DNA of 64,000 nt from the NCBI GenBank assembly GCA_030704615.1, contig CM060731.1, positions 47,368,001 to 47,432,000 on the forward strand. The letters run 5' to 3'. The position numbers and the translations under genes were made by a program. Of the stretch, positions 1-12,240 are shown piece after piece (the first letter of the stretch is position 1; every line of letters begins with the position of its first letter). The stretch is from Takakia lepidozioides (taxonomy: Eukaryota > Plantae > Bryophyta). Under the pieces are notes generated by a model that made no database searches, had not been told where the DNA came from, and saw nothing but the letters and a program-made list of their open reading frames with translations.

Positions 1-1307
1 TAAGCCGTAGGTGACAGAGCTCTAGCATAATAAGAGCAACATTAGATTTGGCCTAGTGTTTTATTTACACAAAAACTGTGAAGTGTAAAAGTCAACATGT
101 AGTTAAACAGTGTAATGAATGTTATTCTAACCTGACAATAACCATAATCAGAACGTGGCATAACCATAATGAGCACTTGTAGGGTCACATGTGGGCCCAA
201 ACTACATGTATGATAGACGCATCAAGGGGCGGAAGGGGCTAGTGGTTAATTTTTGTTCAGCAAATTATAACAAATTCATACCTACACCAAAGCAAAAAAT
301 TGCTCTCTAAGGGAGCGCCATCACATTATAACATACATGACACAATATAAAGTGTTTTGTGAGATAAAAATCCCTGAGCTTAAAAAGACGGACTTTGGGC
401 ATCCTATATATATATATATAGTTTTGCTTATGTAACTACTGTAGTACCTTGGCAAGTTCGACACAAATTTTAATGTTTTAAAGACTGTTGAAAATTCTGG
501 AAATTAGTGTTATGAAATTAAATAATTTCGTGAATGATAATAGAGTATCTTTGGAAATATTCCATATTTCGAAATGGAATTCTCAAAATAAAATAAATAT
601 TCGATATAAGAGTGTTGAACTTGCCAGGTACTACGGTATATGACAAAATATATGTTGTGTATGTATAGTTTTTTATATGTATAGTTAGAGTTATCCTAGA
701 ATTTTTCCCTTCTGCCTTCATCTTGAAAAACAAATCCCGTGCTGTAGGTACCAAGGTTTGACATCACGATCGACTACTGGCATCCATCCACTCACACCTC
801 AATCCGTTCAAAGGACCAAGATTCGTACTCCACAAATTTCGCGACACATGATTTAATGTTCCATAATGTGTTGTTGTATCCGAGTAATTAGCCGATCTTC
901 CACGGCTAGAAGTCTGCAGCCATGATCCACAAAAGTTGCGTCATATATCATAAAAGTAGTACATGACAAAGAGATTGCATTGTACAACTGATTTAAATCT
1001 ACATACACAGTTTAGTAGCTTTAGTACTTTTCATATAATTTAACCTCTAACGAACTATACAATATTATTTCTATTTTTCCTTTCCCAACTGATTAACACC
1101 CAATTTTAATTGTGATAGTTTGAGACATTTCTAGTTTCGGTCCAATGCTAATGTTAAGAGAAGTATATAGTTGCTGAAAAATTCTATACAAAGATTTGAA
1201 GAAATCTACAACAATTATGTTCGAGTTAGTGCGGTTGGAGATTTTTTGGGAAGGAAACAATTTAAGCGTATGGCAACATGGTTATGAATCAACCAAATGA
1301 TCATTAC

Positions 1308-1664
1308 CTGCTTCATAGTACATCTGGAATCCACTTGAGCTGGGGTATGGGCTTTTTTAATTGTACGTAATAAATGTGACAACAGCATAATTTCCTGGAA
1401 TCTCTACAATTACAGAATTATTTTGCATTCCAGCGATCTTTTTAATGTTGTGTTGATACACAAAAACTTCGATATAGTCTTGGTCATCGTAGCCCGTGGC
1501 CACGGTGGTGAAATTGAGAGTAAGGGACTTGGTATTCTTCACATCAATGATATACTCACAAAATTCTCCGGGAGCATAAGGTTGCACCCCAATACCATTC
1601 ACAAATACTCCTTCTTGAATAAAACCATGTTCTTGAGTATATACTCCAGAATTAGAGCAAGAAT
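1308..1664 (-). pseudogene. CUB-domain-like exon (phase 1-1, 357 bp, one in-frame TAA)
   Basis: AG acceptor at 1666-1665 and GT donor at 1307-1306. Translation DSCSNSGVYTQEHGFIQ...PYAPGEFCEYIIDV...LTLNF...DYIEVF...GNYAVVTFIT...SSGFQMYYEA fits the CUB consensus (C..G.I, Y...C.Y/W.I, L.F, DYxEV, V.F, GF..Y). Stop at 1357-1359. Confidence 0.6.
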
Positions 1665-2152
1665 CTATATGCACAGTGAAAGGTCGACAAGTTGTCAACA
1701 TCTTCTACAATGTACTTTTTTAACTGGAGACAGTGTGATGTCAAAAAAAGTAGTACTTCATCTTAATTATATCACATATTAGTCTCAACACATATCTGTT
1801 TGAAAATGGTTTATTATATGAGGTTGCCATATTAGTTGTAAAACCTTCAACACATCTGATTTATAAAACGTTGATATAGAAGTGATGTGTAATAAAGGGA
1901 GAAGACTCTGACCATGTAACCAGCAGAATGAAGAGCCACTCTGTTTTTTAGCTACTGCCTCTTTTGGGGAGGTTGACCCTATGGAGATATAACATATAAT
2001 ATGTTTCACGAGTTGGATATTTACGAAGTAATCATAGTTGTTGAGAATTATTGTGACTTTAGGTAGTGACTCTTCTACATTAATTGTATTTTATAGTCAC
2101 ATCCACAAATGACTTTGAATTTACTAAGTAAGTTGTACACGTATTATACCAT

Positions 2153-2479
2153 TGTCAAGTTATTTTACCACTAGTGTGAAACTAGCTAGGAAATAGCTAG
2201 CTTTTACATATTGACATTTGGGATTGGCCCAAGTGTCAATCCAGGGGTCAAGGCAGATTTAGGCCCTGGAGTGGTTATCTTCACGGCAAGCGCGGAAGGC
2301 TCATCTTTCTCGAGTTGAGCCTCACCGCGCCTAGCTATGGCGCCGTAGTGTGGATTCCCCATGGCGTGGGGTGCACTTGGCTTGACTTGTATTTGAGTGA
2401 TGAGGTTATATATGCATGAGTTTATGCTTCAGCTTTGTGAGCTCACATGAGCTTGTGCTTGTATTCTTCTTCTTTATCA
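2153..2479 (+). repeat. Repeat A1 (327 bp), left terminus of the outer element
   Basis: Matches 20820-21146 with 2 substitutions seen by eye. Starts TG, ends CA. Confidence 0.95.
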
Positions 2480-2495
2480 CTCGAGAAAGATCAGC
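2479..2495 (+). promoter_or_regulatory. Putative self-priming primer-binding site
   Basis: ACTCGAGAAAGATcAGC at the end of A1 is the reverse complement (16/17, 13 contiguous) of 2299-2315. No TGG tRNA-type PBS is present. Confidence 0.6.
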
Positions 2496-3904
2496 TCATA
2501 TCTGTGAGTGCCAGATACGAGTTAGTTGTAGCACTTGTGGTTTTTGCTTGAGAATGAGAGAAACCAAGTTGTTATGCAAGGAGCACCGTGGAGCTCTTGG
2601 TTGTTAGAAGCGGAGGCGATGTGGGTTACGAGGTGGTAGACCTTGGCATTCGATCTTCAGCTTCAGAGATGAAAGCACCATGCTGCAGGTAATTCCAGAG
2701 CACCTTGATGGTTCCAGATTGTGTACATGCATGAGCAAGCACGATTGGGAAGAGGACCAGTCAAGAGCAGGTTATAGTGGCTTTGGTGGCAAAGCTGAGA
2801 ACTGGACTTGGGAATGCGAGCTTTCATTGTGTGAAGGATTGCAAGACCAAGCGAAAGGGCTGATTTTGCTTGGGGCAAATCAGTGCACTTTGTGGAGTAT
2901 GGTGATATTGGGTTTCAATCTCGAGCTTCAGCATTGAGAGGGCTCTTGTCATGGCAAGAGCAGGGCTGGAACAGGAGCTAAGAGGTGCGGCAAGGCCATG
3001 GAATGTGCACCTAGGGTTTCAGAGCTTGGAAGAAGAGCTCTTGCACCACAAGAGAAGTGTCTTGTGGCTGGAAATGTAAGCCTTAGGGTTTCAGGAGCTT
3101 GGCAAAGGCTGTGGAGTGCTTAGTCTTGTCTTAGAGAGCATCAAGGAGCCAAGGAGCCAAGATAGGGGGCTGATATCTCTTGTGTGAAGAGGTTGCATGT
3201 GTGGAGCGTGTATTCAGCTCATTGAAGCTTCCATCTTCAAGCTTGGAGGGCAAGCAAGGAAGAGGGGGCTGGTTTCCCTGTAGGGCATGTGGAGCATGCT
3301 TTCAGCCTGCTGAAGCTTGTATTTTCGGGTTTGTGGGTGCAAGAAATGAAGCAAAGGAGCTGATTCTCTTATGGTGAGAGTGAAGCATGTGTGGAGCATG
3401 CCTTCAGCCCATTGAGGCTCTTGTTTTCAAGCTTTAGAGAGCTAGAACGGAAGGTCTAGGGCTGGTTTCCACTTGGAGTGAAAGAAAAGCACTTGTAGGG
3501 CCTATGTGAGTTGGGGTTTCAACTTCAAGCTTGAAGGGAGCGCAACTCTTGAAGCAGCAGGTGTAGGGGGCTGGAATAGGCTCTAAGATAGATGTTATGG
3601 CCAAGGAGAGTGCTTGAATGAGTGCTCACAAGGGCTGGGAACCAGCAGGGCTTGGTTGTTTGCCATTGAGTTTAGTGGCGTGTTTGGGGAGGCTAAGTGA
3701 GAAAGAAGGCTTGGTTTGTGGCAACTACCTCATGGCTTAGGGCTACTATGGTGGTGTGTGGGAGCCGAAAGAGCAAGAATACCTTGCTGATTTCCTCACA
3801 GCCGCCATAGCTCGGTGGAAAGAAGCCTAGAGTCCAAGAGACACAAACCCTAGCTTGGCGTGGCTAAACCCCTTGGAGAAATGGCTAAACTGCCAGAGCG
3901 GCCA

Positions 3905-4963
3905 TGGATGGGGCTGTGACGGGCTGTGCCCATGGCCTTTGGGGCTGTGATGGGCTGTGAGGGGCTGTGACAGGCCATGCCTGAGGCCTTTGGGGCTGTG
4001 ACGGGCTGTGTCAGGCCGTGCCTGAGGGCTGTGGGCTGTGTGGGCTGTGATGTTGAGGGCTGTGACGGGCTGTGCGGGCTGTGACGGGCTGTGCCCAGGG
4101 CCTTTGGGGCTGTGATTGGGCTGTGATGTGGGGGCTGTTGAAAGGGTGTTGCCTGAGGCTTTGAGGCTGTGTGAGGGGCTGTGACAGGCTGGTGCCAAGT
4201 GGCCTGTGGGCTGTTGGTGACGGGGGGGGGCTGTGTGGGAGGGGCTGTGACAGGCTGTGTTCCCATGGCCTTTGGGGCTGTGATGGGCTGTGAGGGGCTG
4301 TTGTGACAGGCCGTGCCGAGGCCTGTGGGGCTGTGACGGGCTGTGCGGGGCTGTGACAGGCTGTGCCCATGGCCTTTGGGGCTGTGTGATGGGCTGTGAG
4401 GGGCTGTGATGGGCCATGCCTGAGGCCTTTGAGGCTCTGACGGGCTGTGAGGGGCTGTGGACAGGCTGTGCCCGTGGCCTTTGGGGCTGTGAGGGGCTGT
4501 GACAGGCTGTGCCCAGTGGCCTGTGGGGGCTGGGCTGTGCCGGGCTGTGAGGGAGTTGTGATGTGACAGGCTGTGCCCCATGGCCTTTGGGGCTGTGATG
4601 GGCTGTGAGGGGCTGTGACAGGCCGTGCTTGAGGCTTTGAGGTGTGACGGGCTTGTGTGAGGGGGGCTGTGACAGGCTGTGCCCCATGGCCTTTGGGGCT
4701 GTGATGAGCTGTGAGGGGCTGTGACAGGCCGTGCTTGAGGCCTTGAGGCTGTGAGGGGCTATTGACAGGCGTGCCTGAGCTTGAGGCTTGTGAGGGGCTG
4801 TGCAGGCCGTGCCTGAGGCCTTTGGGGCTGTTGTGACAGGTGAGCCCAGTGGCCTGTGGGGGCTGTGACAGGCTGTGCCCGTGGCCTGTGGGGCTGTGAG
4901 AGGCGATGTGCCGAGGCTGTGACTGGCTGTGCCCCAGTGGCCTGTGGGGGCTGTTGTGACGGG
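3905..4963 (+). repeat. Degenerate G/T-rich tandem array (GGGCTGTGA core), left part
   Basis: Dozens of GGCTGTG(A) units. The array resumes at 11932 after the nested element. Confidence 0.9.
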
Positions 4964-5685
4964 TGTCGCGGCCCTTTGCCTTGAGGGCAGGGGGTCGGGA
5001 CACATGAGGGGCTGCCCCTGTGGTGGGGGCAGCGGCAGCGATAGGTATGGGGGGCTGAAGCACCCTTGAGTGCCCAAGGCACTCAAGGAGGCGGAGGCGC
5101 TCACTAGGTGGAGCCCGCACACCGGGTTGCGGTGGAGGTGGCTCCACAAGGGGTGGTGGTAGCTTAGTGGGACTTAGTGGGGGTGGCATAGGACTCACCA
5201 TGGGGTGGAGACCTCGAGGTGGGAGTCGTGGGGAGTCTTGGGACTCATCACGGTCCATTGGGGCCGCGGTGAGTGGGCCAAGACTCACCGCGACTCACCA
5301 CCGGGAGTCGAGGGTTTTCGTGGTGGTTCGCCATAAAATGGCATGGCTGGTTATGAAACCCCCGCGGACAGCTACAGAAGTATATATAGGGAGTAGTAAC
5401 CCCGAGAACGGTGCAAGCCCGTTGGTGACCAAAAACTAGTGAGTAAGCGAGCGAGCCGGAAAGCGACCAAAGAGTGGGGAGCTGTTCCGGACTGCCATCT
5501 ACCAAAGGGAATTCTCCTAGTCCCAAATAGGTGGAGGGTTTAGAGGGAAGCGGAAGGGGACCGTTATGTCCCGGTGAGCAGCCGAAACTCCAAGTTGGCC
5601 CGGCGGCCAGGTTGGGAGTCAGGCGCGCGCATCAAAGCGAGTAACTATGACTTGAAGGGGAGTTTACCGAATGAGGTGTGCGACA
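4964..5685 (+). repeat. 5' LTR of the nested chromovirus (722 bp)
   Basis: Near-identical to 11208-11931 (two 1-nt indels seen). Confidence 0.95.
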
Positions 5686-5687
5686 CT

Positions 5688-5699
5688 TGGTATCAGAGC
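5688..5699 (+). promoter_or_regulatory. Primer-binding site, tRNA-iMet
   Basis: TGGTATCAGAGC 2 nt after the LTR-terminal CA. Confidence 0.95.
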
Positions 5700-5740
5700 T
5701 TAGAGTTCAGTACGCGATCGTCCTTGGGATTGGCCTCATC

Positions 5741-8700
5741 ATGGGGTCGGGCAAGCCGAAGCGAAAGCGGAACGGCCCAAAAGATGATGACCCCGGTGAG
5801 CCCGATGGGGGCGACGTGTCACCGAGGCGGCCGTTTGAGGAAGCGATTAATGTTTCCGAAAACGAGGCCGCTCAGGAGCGGGAGGAATCCGAGGAGTCGG
5901 AGCCCGAGGAATCTTTGAGAGCTCCGACAAACCAAGAGATGCCTCCCATGCCGGCAGCCTTTTGGGAAGGGTTGTTGGCGCAGTTTGGCGGGACGTTGAA
6001 AGACGTGTTGAAGGCGGCTAATGCCACTTCCACCAAGGCAAAGTTTAAGGTGAAGCCTAAGGAACCCGGCACCTTCGAGGGCGTTCGAAACGGAAGGCAC
6101 TCAACACCTGGCTCCTGGAGCTAGAGCAGTACTTCCGGGCGGCCAAGTTGAGTGACGAGGATCGGGTGGAAGTGGCTCCCACCTATTTGAGGGGCTATGC
6201 TCAACAATGGTGGCAGAAACGCCTTCACGACCGAGGCCCAAGCCCGGAAACCTTGAACTGGAGTGAGTTCAAGGAATTGATGAAGAGACAGTTTGTGCCC
6301 CTCAACGCATCCTGGCTTGCCCGGGACAAGATGAGGAATTTGAAGCAAACAGATGACATTCGGGGGTATGTCCAGGCTTTCAATGTGCTGTTGCTCGAAG
6401 TCGCGGACATGGCAGAACCAGAAATGGTCTTCAACTTTGTGGCGGGACTGGCCCCATGGGCTAGGCGGAAGTTGGAGGAGAAGCCACCCAAGACTTTGAA
6501 CGAGGCAATTGAGAGAGCTGAATGTTTCTCGGATGTCCCTAGGGGTGAGAGACAAGGCCGTACGGAGCTGAACCACAAGAAGACCCGGCGGGAAGGTGAC
6601 TCCTCCCGACCGGAAAAGAAGTGGGATAGGCCACGCGGCGAAAATGGCACGTGGAAATCGAAGGGAGGTCCTTCACACGTCAAGGCGGCACCCGGTGCTT
6701 CGAAAGGAAAAGCGGGTGGAGCGACTTATGGCGGACAGAAGGCGACCTTTGATGGAGTGTGTTTCAATTGCGGGGAGCCCGGGCACATGGCCAAGAAGTG
6801 CACGAAGCCCCGGCAATTGAACATGACTCGGGCGACCACGGAGCTGTCGGAAGATACCATCAGTCGCTTGGTGGAAGCGGTGGTCGCCAGGACTTGCAAG
6901 GTAGGCAAATTTTCTTGTGAGTTGTATCAGGAAACTGGCGCCTTACGAAAAGGGAGTCAGTTATTGTTCGTGGATGGGATAATATCCGGAACTAATGTGT
7001 CGTTGTTGGTGGACACAGGAGCGTCGCACTCCTTCATGACGCCGGCGGCGGCGCGAAAGTTGGGACTCCCGACAAGTGACGTGGGGGCCTCTATTGAGGT
7101 GCGCTCTGCCAAAGGAGAACCTCAGTTGGCGACAAGGTTGGCGTTTGATGTTCCTCTTCAACTGGGGAGTTGGGAGGGACGTGAGAACTTCACTATCTGC
7201 GAGATCGATGGAGTGGATCTCATTTTGGGAATGACCTTTTTGAGCAAATCCGGAGCGGTCATAGATGGCCGCAAGAGAGTAGTCACGCTGCCATGTGGGA
7301 ATGGTGGCGAGGTTTTACGAGTGTCGGAAACGCCCAAATCCGTGGGAGGGCGAATAAACCTTCTATCAGCAAAGGAGTGGGCCGTGGAGGAGACACACGA
7401 GTCCCAGTTTTTGCTTTACATTAGAGAAGTGAAAGGAGAAGGCGATGGGGAGCCGAGCCCAGATTGGATCAAGGGGATTTTGGAGAAATACCAGGATGTG
7501 ATGCCGGAGGATTTACCAAGCGGCTTGCCACCGCGAAGAGGAGTTGACCACAAAATTGAGGTGATACCGGGATCGGAACCGCCTGCCAAGGCGCCCTACC
7601 GGTTGAGCCACAAAGAGTTGGTCGAGCTGAAGACTCAGCTCAAAGATCTAATGTCAAAGGGGTACATCCGGCCGAGTAAGTCACCTTACGGAGCCCCGGT
7701 GCTATTTGCAGACAAGAAGGATGGGACGCTGCGGATGTGTGTCGATTACAGGGCTCTGAATAAGGTGACTATCAAAAACCGGTACCCTTTGCCAAGGATC
7801 GACGACCTCTTCGATCGGTTGGCAGGAGCGAAGTATTTCAGCCGGATCGACTTGCGCTCCGGCTATCACCAAATTCGGGTGGCGGAAGGAGATGAGGAGA
7901 AGACCGCGTGCAGGACAAGGTATGGTTCATATGAGTTCTTGGTGATGCCTTTTGGGCTCACCAATGCACCAGCGACATTTAGCACGCTGATGAACAGCCT
8001 TTTCCAGGAGTGGTTGGATGACTTTGTGATCGTGTACATCGACGACATCTTGGTGTACTCGAAAACAAAGGAGGAGCACCTGGAGCACCTCAAAAGGGTG
8101 TTCCAAAAATTGCGAGAAGGGAAGCTGTATGCCAAAGCTTCAAAGTGCGAATTCGGGGTCACAAAAGTGGAGTTCTTGGGGCACGTGATTACACAGGATG
8201 GGATCAAAATGGATGACAGAAAGGTGAGGGCGATCTTGGACTGGGAGCCTCCGACTTCGGTCCCGGGAGTGCGATCCTTCCTAGGACTCGCCTCCTATTA
8301 CCGGAAGTATGTGAGAAATTTCGCCAAGATCGCGGGGCCGCTGTCGGACCTTCTGTGTAAATCCAAAGTCTGGGTATGGAACACATTTTGTGGCCAAGCT
8401 TTTGCTGAATTGAAGCAGCGGATGACGGAAGCTCCAGTCTTAAAAATCCCGGAGTTCGATCGTCCGTTTGAGATTCATACAGATGCATCGGACTTCGCAA
8501 TTGGGGGTGTACTTATGCAAGATGGACGTCCAGTGGCTTACGAAAGTAAGAAACTGAATGAAGTGGAGCGACGGTGGCCGACGCACGAAAAAGAGATGAA
8601 GGCGGTGGTACATTGCCTTGAACTCTGGCGCCACTATGTTGGTTCCAACCCAGTGAAGGTGTTCACGGACAATGTCACGGTGAAGTATTTTGCCACGCAG

Positions 8701-10301
8701 CCCAAGTTGTCCCCAAAACAACTTAGGTGGCAAGATACTTTGGCAGTGTTCGACGTGGATATCCAGTACAAACCGGGACGGGACAATGTGGTGGCCGATG
8801 CTTTAAGTAGAAAGCAGCAGCTCTTGTTGGTGTACAAGGGCGAGACGGCGCTCCAAAGGAAGATCCGGAAGGCTTGCCGGAAGGATGAGCTGGCAAAGTG
8901 CGTGATGCAGAACTTGAGAATGGGGGTTAAATCGCAGTTCCACTTGCAAAACGGACTGCTCCGGTATAAGCAAAAACGTCTCTATGTGCCAAAGGGAGGG
9001 ATCAGGGATAGTCTCTTGAGAGAATGCCATGATAGCCCGCTTGCGGGCCACGGTGGAGCCAAGCGCACTGCGGCACTCTTGAAGAAAGAGTATTTCTGGC
9101 CCAAACTGAGGGAGGAGGCAGAGGAGTATGTAAAGACATGCACCACATGCCAACAAAACCGGAGCGAGTATAAAAAGCAAGCGGGGCTGTTACAACCCTT
9201 GCCGATTCCAGAGGGGACTTGGGAAAGCGTCTCGATGGATTTCATGACTGCTATGCCGCTGTCAAAAGGATTCGATGCAATCATGGTGGTGGTAGATAGG
9301 TTCAGTAAAATGGCCCATTTCATCCCCACCAAGGAGACGGCAACTGCGCAGGAGACAGGGCGACTTTACTTCGCCCACGTCTTAAAGCATCATGGAGTCC
9401 CGAAGGATATTGTCTCGGACCGCGACCCAAAGTTTACGAGTAAATTCTGGAGAGCACTTTGGAAGAAGATGGGGACGAGGCTGAAGATGAGCACCGCCTT
9501 CCGACCTACGACGGACGGCCAAACGGAAAGAGTGAATTCCGTAGTGAAGCAATTCTTGCGGAATTACGTGTCGGCAGACCAATCAGACTGGATGGAACAC
9601 TTAGACGCGGCAGAGTTCTGTTATAATAACACAGAACACTCCGCGACGGGAGTTTCCCCTTTGTGTTGGTCTATGGAAAAGCACCTCTGGTGCCGACAAG
9701 TTGGGCCGCCCAGGACGTTGAGGAACCGGCAGTAGCGGCGGTACTGGAAGAACGCGAGCGTTTGTTGAAGCTCGCAAAGTACAACATTGCCAAAGCTAGG
9801 AAACGGTATGAAAGGCAGGCGAATCGGAAGCGGAGGGAAGTGAAGTTTGAGGCAGGCACAGAGGTCTGGTTGAACATCAAGAATTTTCGACTACCTCCGG
9901 AAATGAGTCCGAAGTTCGTACCTCCGTATGCGGGTCCCTTTCGCATTCGGAGGGTTATGAATGAGGATGTGTATGAATTGGAGCTGCCAGCAAACAGCAA
10001 GGTGCACCCAGTATTCCATGTCTCCCTTTTGAAGCCTTACTTCAAAGATGAAGCACGTCCGAATCGGCAGCAAGTGTTGCGTCCGCCACCTATGCTGTTG
10101 GATCATGAAAATGAACCCGAGTACGAGGTGGAGGCAATACTTAAGTCGAGGAGGTTCAAGAACCGAGAAACGGAGTATCTCGTCAAATGGAAGGGCTATC
10201 ATCTTGTGGAGGCATCTTGGGTGCGTGCCTCAGAAATGGGAAACGCATCCGAGGCAGTTGCAGCGTTCGAAGGGCGACCTCAAAAGCGGAAGAAGCGTTG
10301 A
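5741..10301 (+). CDS. gag-pol: Gag-Pol polyprotein of the chromovirus (two frameshifts, near 6100 and 9660)
   Basis: CCHC knuckle [14 protein letters not shown]; protease LVDTGA; [15 protein letters not shown]; RNaseH TDAS; integrase HH-CC, SMDF, SDRD, GQTER; GPF module; chromodomain [10 protein letters not shown]...YLVKWKGY...ASW. Split over ORFs 5678-6124, 6148-9735 and 9663-10301. Confidence 0.93.
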
Positions 10302-11207
10302 TGGGGACATCAACCTTGGAGCGTGGGGGAGGAAATGCATGCTTAGCCCGGTTTAGCTAGCTCAGGAATCCGATTGCAAAAACTTGTATTGTACAAAAAT
10401 TTGTGATAAAGGAAATGGGTTCCAAATATTGTGCGTCCTATTGTGTTTGGAATGGTGATGCATGGTGTGGTTGGCTGGTGTGTAGAATGCATGCTAGCTT
10501 ACAAAAGTGGGAGAGGTAAATTGGGTTAATCGTGTGTTTGCGCAGTGCCGAAATCGGGTGACTCCCATCCAAGGGGCAAGGAAACTTGCGCCTTATTTGG
10601 GAGTTCAAGTGCTAGTGCGCACCTGGCGCGTGCGCGTACTATAACTGCGCTACCGAGGGGGTTGCCTTGTAGTGCGGGCTAACGCGGAAGCTACGTGCTT
10701 CCGTTCACGTACTATAATCGTGTAGCCTCGGGACGAAGTCGTAGTGCGGCTTCGGCGTGTTCCCGTACCTCAGGCCAGCATTCCAAGGCGGACCCAATTG
10801 TAGTGATTGGGGCGCACGGTTGGTTCAAGGTTATCTTCCTAGTCAAAGAGGGTTTCAGGTGAACCCTTGCTCAAGGTGATGCCAAAAGCGGCATCATGAG
10901 CGATCGCAAGCAATGTTGTTGCAGTAAGGCGATTCGATCCTCGGGGAGGATCGTTCCTTGGCCTTGAAGTAGGCCAAGAAGAGTGCACTGGGAGGAGCTG
11001 GAGAGGCTCCACCCTTGGCCGGGACTTGGAGGAAGTCGGCCGAACTAGCTAGTGGAGAGTGGAGTCAAGTGTGGGGTTTGGTTCTTTGCCATGGGACGCC
11101 ATGGTACGGAAACAAACTCCTTGATGTGGGACGCCACAACTTGGATGTTCGTTTCTACAAAATGGACAAGTCGATGAGGACATCGACTCCCTGTTGGTAG
11201 GGGTGTG

Positions 11208-11931
11208 TGTCGCGGCCCTTTGCCTTGAGGGCAGGGGGTCGGGACACATGAGGGGCTGCCCCTGTGGTGGGGGCAGCGGCAGCGATAGGTATGGGGGGCT
11301 GAAGCACCCTTGAGTGCCCAAGGCACTCAAGGAGGCGGAGGCGCTCACTAGGTGGAGCCCCGCACACCGGGTTGCGGTGGAGGTGGCTCCACAAGGGGTG
11401 GTGGTAGCTTAGTGGGACTTAGTGGGGGTGGCATAGGACTCACCATGGGGTGGAGACCTCGAGGTGGGAGTCGTGGGGAGTCTTGGGACTCATCACGGTC
11501 CATTGGGGCCGCGGTGAGTGGGCCAAGACTCACCGCGACTCACCACCGGGAGTCGAGGGTTTTCGTGGTGGTTCGCCATAAAATGGCATGGCTGGTTATG
11601 AAACCCCCGCGGACAGCTACAGAAGTATATATAGGGAGTAGTAACCCCGAGAACGGTGCAAGCCCGTTGGTGACCAAAAACTAGTGAGTAAGCGAGCGAG
11701 CCGGAAAGCGACCAAAGAGTGGGGAGCTGTTCCGGACTGCCATCTACCAAAGGGAATTCTCCTAGTCCCAAATAGGTGGAGGGTTTAGAGGGAAGCGGAA
11801 GGGGACCGTTATGTCCCGGTGAGCAGCCGAAACTCCAAGTTGGCCCGGCGGCCAGGTTGGGAGTCAGGCGCGCGCATCAAAGCGAGTAACTATGACTTGA
11901 AGGGGAGTTTACCGAATCGAGGTGTGCGACA
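11208..11931 (+). repeat. 3' LTR of the nested chromovirus (724 bp)
   Basis: Direct repeat of 4964-5685, preceded by the G-rich tract GGTAGGGG. Confidence 0.95.
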
Positions 11932-12240
11932 GACGGGCTGTGAGGGGCTGTGACAGGCTGTGCCCATGGCCTCTGGGGCTGTGAGGGGCTGTGAGGGGCT
12001 ATGACAAGCCGTGCCTGAGGCCTTTGGGGCTGTGAGGGCTGTGAGGGGCTGTGACAGGCTGTGCCAGTGGCCTGTGGGGCTGTGACGGGCTGTTGGCGAG
12101 CTGTGACGGGCTATGAGGGGCTGTGACAGGCTGTGCCCAGTGGCCTATGGGACTGTGATGGCTGTGACCAGTGAGCTGTGTGGGCCTGTGCTGGTCTGTG
12201 GTGGCCCGTGTTGACCTGTGGACGGCCTGTGCTGACTCGT
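11932..12240 (+). repeat. GGGCTGTGA array, right part
   Basis: Same units as 3905-4963, decaying toward about 12240. Confidence 0.85.

Larger units (their letters stand above)
4964..11931 (+). mobile_element. Ty3/Gypsy chromovirus LTR retrotransposon (nested, young)
   Basis: LTRs 4964-5685 and 11208-11931 (TGTCGC...GCGACA), tRNA-iMet PBS, gag-pol-chromodomain, GACGGG on both flanks. Confidence 0.97.

Noticed and set aside
518-915. Possible second CUB exon
   Set aside because: Only a CEW motif and a plausible acceptor, with a broken frame. Too weak to call.
2280-2420. Hammerhead ribozyme in repeat A
   Set aside because: No CTGANGA...GAAA core was found in a suitable stem context.
3827-5288. 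Long minus-strand P/S/H/Q-rich ORFs (440, 243 and 425 aa)
   Set aside because: They are translations of the tandem array, open in all three frames, and two of them run across the junction into the nested LTR.
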